Below, in pieces: positions 24,900 through 27,574 of a stretch of DNA of 27,574 nt. The stretch's first letter is position 1. Every line of letters starts with the position of its first letter. The stretch is from the IMG/VR virus record IMGVR_UViG_3300042567_001104, positions 1 to 27,574 of that record; one strand, written 5' to 3'. Source of the stretch: a virus. Taxonomy: Duplodnaviria > Caudoviricetes. Below the pieces are notes generated by a model. The model did not search any database, was not told the origin of the DNA, and saw nothing but the letters and a program-made list of their open reading frames with translations. Made by a program: the position numbers and the translations under genes.

Positions 24900-25130
24900 T
24901 TATTGAGATAGCTTACTCATATATGTGAGCTCATCTAGATATTCTGGATTTTCCAGTGATTTTTTTGGTTCCATCGTAATGTCATTTTTATCCAATTTAA
25001 GCTCGGCAGGTAGAAGCTTATTAATAGCTTCTTCTATATATCTAATAGGGATATCATATATACCTGATAGCTTATAGTTATTCATAATCTTGAGACAGTC
25101 AAGAATACCATCTTCATATGATTTTGTCAA
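24900..25130 (-). CDS. hypothetical protein
   Basis: 76 aa, TTG start, GAGGA SD. Confidence 0.6.
   Translation of the reverse strand: MTKSYEDGILDCLKIMNNYKLSGIYDIPIRYIEEAINKLLPAELKLDKNDITMEPKKSLENPEYLDELTYMSKLSQ
24950..24982. repeat. bipartite motif, copy 2
   Basis: tttccagtgatttttttggttccatcgtaatgt. Confidence 0.75.
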
Positions 25131-25145
25131 TTTATTTTCCTCAAA

Positions 25146-25178
25146 TTTCCTGTGATTTTTATCACATGTTCGTAATGT
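25146..25178. repeat. bipartite motif, copy 3 (contains TGTGA-N6-TCACA)
   Basis: tttcctgtgatttttatcacatgttcgtaatgt. Confidence 0.75.
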
Positions 25179-25221
25179 CTATATTCATCTAAACTATGTC
25201 GGGCACAAAGCCTGACAAATG

Positions 25222-25416
25222 TCAAGCCTGTGCTGGTGTAAGGGCATCATAAACTTCCATAACCCACTGCTCACCTTTTTGATTTATTTGTATGTGTTCG
25301 AGAGATGCACCCAAAGCATAGATACCACCAAGGTAATACTTATCCCAAAAGTCTGTATCCTTAGCCATTCCATTTACATAAGCACTTGCTACATAGTTAA
25401 TAATTTCTTTATCCAT
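25222..25416 (-). CDS. hypothetical protein
   Basis: Start moved to MDKEIINY, 7 nt after a -10 box. Confidence 0.7.
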   Translation of the reverse strand: MDKEIINYVASAYVNGMAKDTDFWDKYYLGGIYALGASLEHIQINQKGEQWVMEVYDALTPAQA

Positions 25417-25423
25417 AGTATCT

Positions 25424-25452
25424 ACTTTATCAGATTTGGTCGTACTTGTCAA
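25424..25452 (-). promoter_or_regulatory. SigA-type promoter, predicted leaderless transcript
   Basis: TTGACA-17nt-TAAAGT with TGn extension. Confidence 0.7.
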
Positions 25453-25636
25453 GGGCTTCTGGGAAATCATCTTTGAATCCGTTCTTTGTGTAATGGTGGA
25501 ATTTGAACCACCGTATCATCTTGTCGTTCATCTGGTCATTGAATGTATGGGCTGTGTGATTTGCTAACTCAACCTCGTTTAATCTGGTATCTGCAAACAC
25601 TTTAGCCATTTTCTCTGCATCATGTTTTTCTGCCAT
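25430..25636 (-). CDS. hypothetical protein
   Basis: 68 aa, AGGAG SD. Confidence 0.75.
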   Translation of the reverse strand: MAEKHDAEKMAKVFADTRLNEVELANHTAHTFNDQMNDKMIRWFKFHHYTKNGFKDDFPEALDKYDQI

Positions 25637-25819
25637 TTAATCTCCTGAACCTCCTAGTGTAGCACATAGGACTGACAATTCTAATGGCTCTATGTAGGTG
25701 TCCAACACGTCTGATAAGTTAGTTAGTACTGCCCAAGTTAACTTGTCGTCTTGTTTTTCCAGGGCACCCTCTAAGTTTTCAATGGTATGTCTAATAAACT
25801 TATTAATCTCTTCTTGCAT
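25637..25819 (-). CDS. hypothetical protein
   Basis: Start moved to MQEEINK after GGGAG. Confidence 0.7.
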   Translation of the reverse strand: MQEEINKFIRHTIENLEGALEKQDDKLTWAVLTNLSDVLDTYIEPLELSVLCATLGGSGD

Positions 25820-25821
25820 CT

Positions 25822-26256
25822 CTACTCCCAATTGCTATCGTCTGTGATGTAGTCAATACCAGCATCAATTGCTTCATAGAATGTGTCATAGATTCCACCC
25901 ATATCTTCATTGTGTGCAAATAGTTCCCACCAAGGATTCATACGATAGATTTCAAATCCACTATTACTAATAGTTTTAATAAACTGCAGCAACTGAATAT
26001 CATCATTGATACCCTCTGCCTCTAAGTCGTCTGAATATCTAACAATGGTTGCACCCTCATCAGATAGTTCACCATTAACTAGTTCTGGTAATGTCAAGTG
26101 CATTTCACCACAACGCTCTACTTCAACCAAACGGTCCAAGTATGTGATAGTTGCATAAGACTCTGCACCCTCTTGCCACACATAAAACTCTGGCATTTGC
26201 TTACTTGTAGGGATTGTCTGTGTGTATTCTACTGTTACGCCTTCTAATGTTTTCAT
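25822..26256 (-). CDS. acidic hypothetical protein
   Basis: 144 aa ORF, predicted leaderless; MNPWWE motif. Confidence 0.8.
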   Translation of the reverse strand: MKTLEGVTVEYTQTIPTSKQMPEFYVWQEGAESYATITYLDRLVEVERCGEMHLTLPELVNGELSDEGATIVRYSDDLEAEGINDDIQLLQFIKTISNSGFEIYRMNPWWELFAHNEDMGGIYDTFYEAIDAGIDYITDDSNWE

Positions 26257-26262
26257 ATGCGT

Positions 26263-26291
26263 ATCCTATACCCTTTCTGCGGTTAAGTCAA
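26263..26291 (-). promoter_or_regulatory. SigA-type promoter, predicted leaderless transcript
   Basis: TTGACT-17nt-TAGGAT, 6 nt, then ATG at 26256. Confidence 0.7.
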
Positions 26292-26490
26292 GTCTTGTTA
26301 GGTTATAAGCCAGGATTTCTTCTAGCCTGTAATATTCAGCTTCTTCTTCTGATTCAGGGTCCAGCCACTCCCAACGTCCTGTTTCTTTATCATACATAAT
26401 CTTGTCACGATCAAACTCTGATTCGGCATCAACCATAAAGGCTCCCCAATGTTCATCATATACAACTACCCAATGATATTGCTTACTCAT
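26266..26490 (-). CDS. acidic hypothetical protein
   Basis: 74 aa, GAGG SD, ATGA overlap. Confidence 0.75.
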   Translation of the reverse strand: MSKQYHWVVVYDEHWGAFMVDAESEFDRDKIMYDKETGRWEWLDPESEEEAEYYRLEEILAYNLTRLDLTAERV

Positions 26491-26729
26491 ACTTCTACCT
26501 CTACTCCATAAGTTTCTATACCTGTCATAATTACATCTGTGTCTACGGTGTCGTCAATCTCATCATAGCAACCAAGACTCTTAAAATGGTCCCACATCTC
26601 TTGAATGTCGTCACGATCATTCTCATCAAAATCAGGGTTATGCAATAAATACAAATTCCATAGTTGATCAGGTACGTCCATACTCCATACTGATTCAAAC
26701 GTTCCCTCAAAGATTCCTCTTAGTTTCAT
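26487..26729 (-). CDS. acidic hypothetical protein
   Basis: 80 aa, GAGGT SD. Confidence 0.75.
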   Translation of the reverse strand: MKLRGIFEGTFESVWSMDVPDQLWNLYLLHNPDFDENDRDDIQEMWDHFKSLGCYDEIDDTVDTDVIMTGIETYGVEVEV

Positions 26730-26731
26730 TA

Positions 26732-26914
26732 CTATACCTCGTGTACTATCACGTCTTGTAGGTGCAAGACTTCTGGGTCAATCTTGTAATAACTCATTAT
26801 GTTATTCCTTGCTTCTTGAATAATAAAATCATCAGGTAAATCTGGCTCATCAAAAGAAACACTTGTGATCATAACCATAGCCTCTAATACAAACTCTACA
26901 TTGTAGTTATACAT
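26732..26914 (-). CDS. hypothetical protein
   Basis: 60 aa, GGAG SD, TAATG overlap. Confidence 0.75.
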   Translation of the reverse strand: MYNYNVEFVLEAMVMITSVSFDEPDLPDDFIIQEARNNIMSYYKIDPEVLHLQDVIVHEV

Positions 26915-27171
26915 TACTTTATCTCCAACTTGTTCTTGGCAAAGAATAGGTCTGTGCCGTCCTCATCTTTAATGCTAATCTGTGCAGGTACATCAAACTT
27001 ATCAAGGAAAAGGTGGTGCTCAATCTGCCACTCTTGATCTTTAACAAATTCAATCATAGCCTCATGTGAAATAGGGTGTCCATGAATACCATACTCACCT
27101 GTATCTAACATCATCTTAATTAAGTCTTGCTCATCATAGATAACTTCTGTTGTTGCTACAAGGTATGTCAT
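26914..27171 (-). CDS. hypothetical protein
   Basis: 85 aa, ATGA overlap. Confidence 0.75.
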   Translation of the reverse strand: MTYLVATTEVIYDEQDLIKMMLDTGEYGIHGHPISHEAMIEFVKDQEWQIEHHLFLDKFDVPAQISIKDEDGTDLFFAKNKLEIK

Positions 27172-27338
27172 ACTTTTTTGCTTCCTATTCTAATCTCTAC
27201 TACTTCTTCTGTGTTGTAAAAATGCTTTACGAATTGATAGGCGGTATCCCATTGTTCTAATTCAATACCACCAACATTATGCAAATCAACAAAGTGGTAT
27301 GCTAACTCATTTAAGAGTTCGTCATTTGTGTCAATCAT
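27168..27338 (-). CDS. hypothetical protein
   Basis: Start moved to MIDTNDELL after AAGGA; TGgTAGGAT extended -10 at 27368-27376. Confidence 0.7.
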   Translation of the reverse strand: MIDTNDELLNELAYHFVDLHNVGGIELEQWDTAYQFVKHFYNTEEVVEIRIGSKKV

Positions 27339-27408
27339 GTTTGTCCTTTTGTAGGTTGATACTGTGTATCCTACCACAAGGGTGTGACAATTTACACCAG
27401 GTTTCGTG

Positions 27409-27441
27409 ATTTCCGTGATTTTGCACTTAATGTCGTAAAGA
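27409..27441. repeat. bipartite motif, copy 4
   Basis: atttccgtgattttgcacttaatgtcgtaaaga; same 14-nt spacing. Confidence 0.65.
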
Positions 27442-27496
27442 GACTAGCTATCTTATTAAGAATGCCCGCCCACAATTTTCAAGCTTTGTCAAGTGG

Positions 27497-27526
27497 GTGA
27501 GCAGTTTTAATTCATGCTCAGGAATT
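27497..27526 (-). ncRNA. compact H-type pseudoknot motif, copy 2
   Basis: Minus strand AATTC-C-TGAGCA-T-GAATT-AAAAC-TGCTCAC: S1 AATTC/GAATT, S2 TGAGCA/TGCTCA. Confidence 0.6.
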
Positions 27527-27531
27527 TTGAT

Positions 27532-27574
27532 TTATGCGAAAGCAATTTCTTTCACAATGGATAGCAGTTTGTTT
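27532..27574 (-). CDS. 3' end of a gene entering from outside the window
   Basis: ...NKLLSIVKEIAFA-stop; too short to assign. Confidence 0.4.
   Translation of the reverse strand, partial: NKLLSIVKEIAFA

Noticed and set aside
24595-27441. 33-nt repeated motif as a mini-CRISPR
   Set aside because: Spacing is irregular (about 200-2260 nt) and the middle is variable.
1-27574. Alternative genetic code or stop-codon readthrough
   Set aside because: TAA, TAG and TGA all end genes with tight coupling; long genes are intact in code 11; no suppressor tRNA.

Overview
AT-rich segment of a large tailed phage genome. The host is most likely an actinobacterium (WhiB-family gene, actinobacterial-type SLT transglycosylase, many predicted leaderless transcripts). 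Plus strand, 1-22255: small ORFs, a lytic transglycosylase, two tRNAs with an unexplained 100-nt structured RNA, thioredoxin, and a ~10 kb tail/fibre block. That block ends in three tandem HxH-rich collar-domain genes, followed by three paralogous dUTPase-fold-like genes and a His-rich protein. Further on are a SLOG-like gene, whiB, an IMPDH/GMPR-family gene, a CWDG-repeat membrane module, a HiPIP-like protein and a thermonuclease. Minus strand, 22267-end: an HslV/proteasome-beta-like peptidase, methylglyoxal synthase, many tiny ORFs with SigA-type promoters, an AT-rich non-coding stretch and a repeated bipartite DNA motif. A compact covarying pseudoknot occurs twice, 25 kb apart. All calls come from reading the sequence by eye; no database searches were run.
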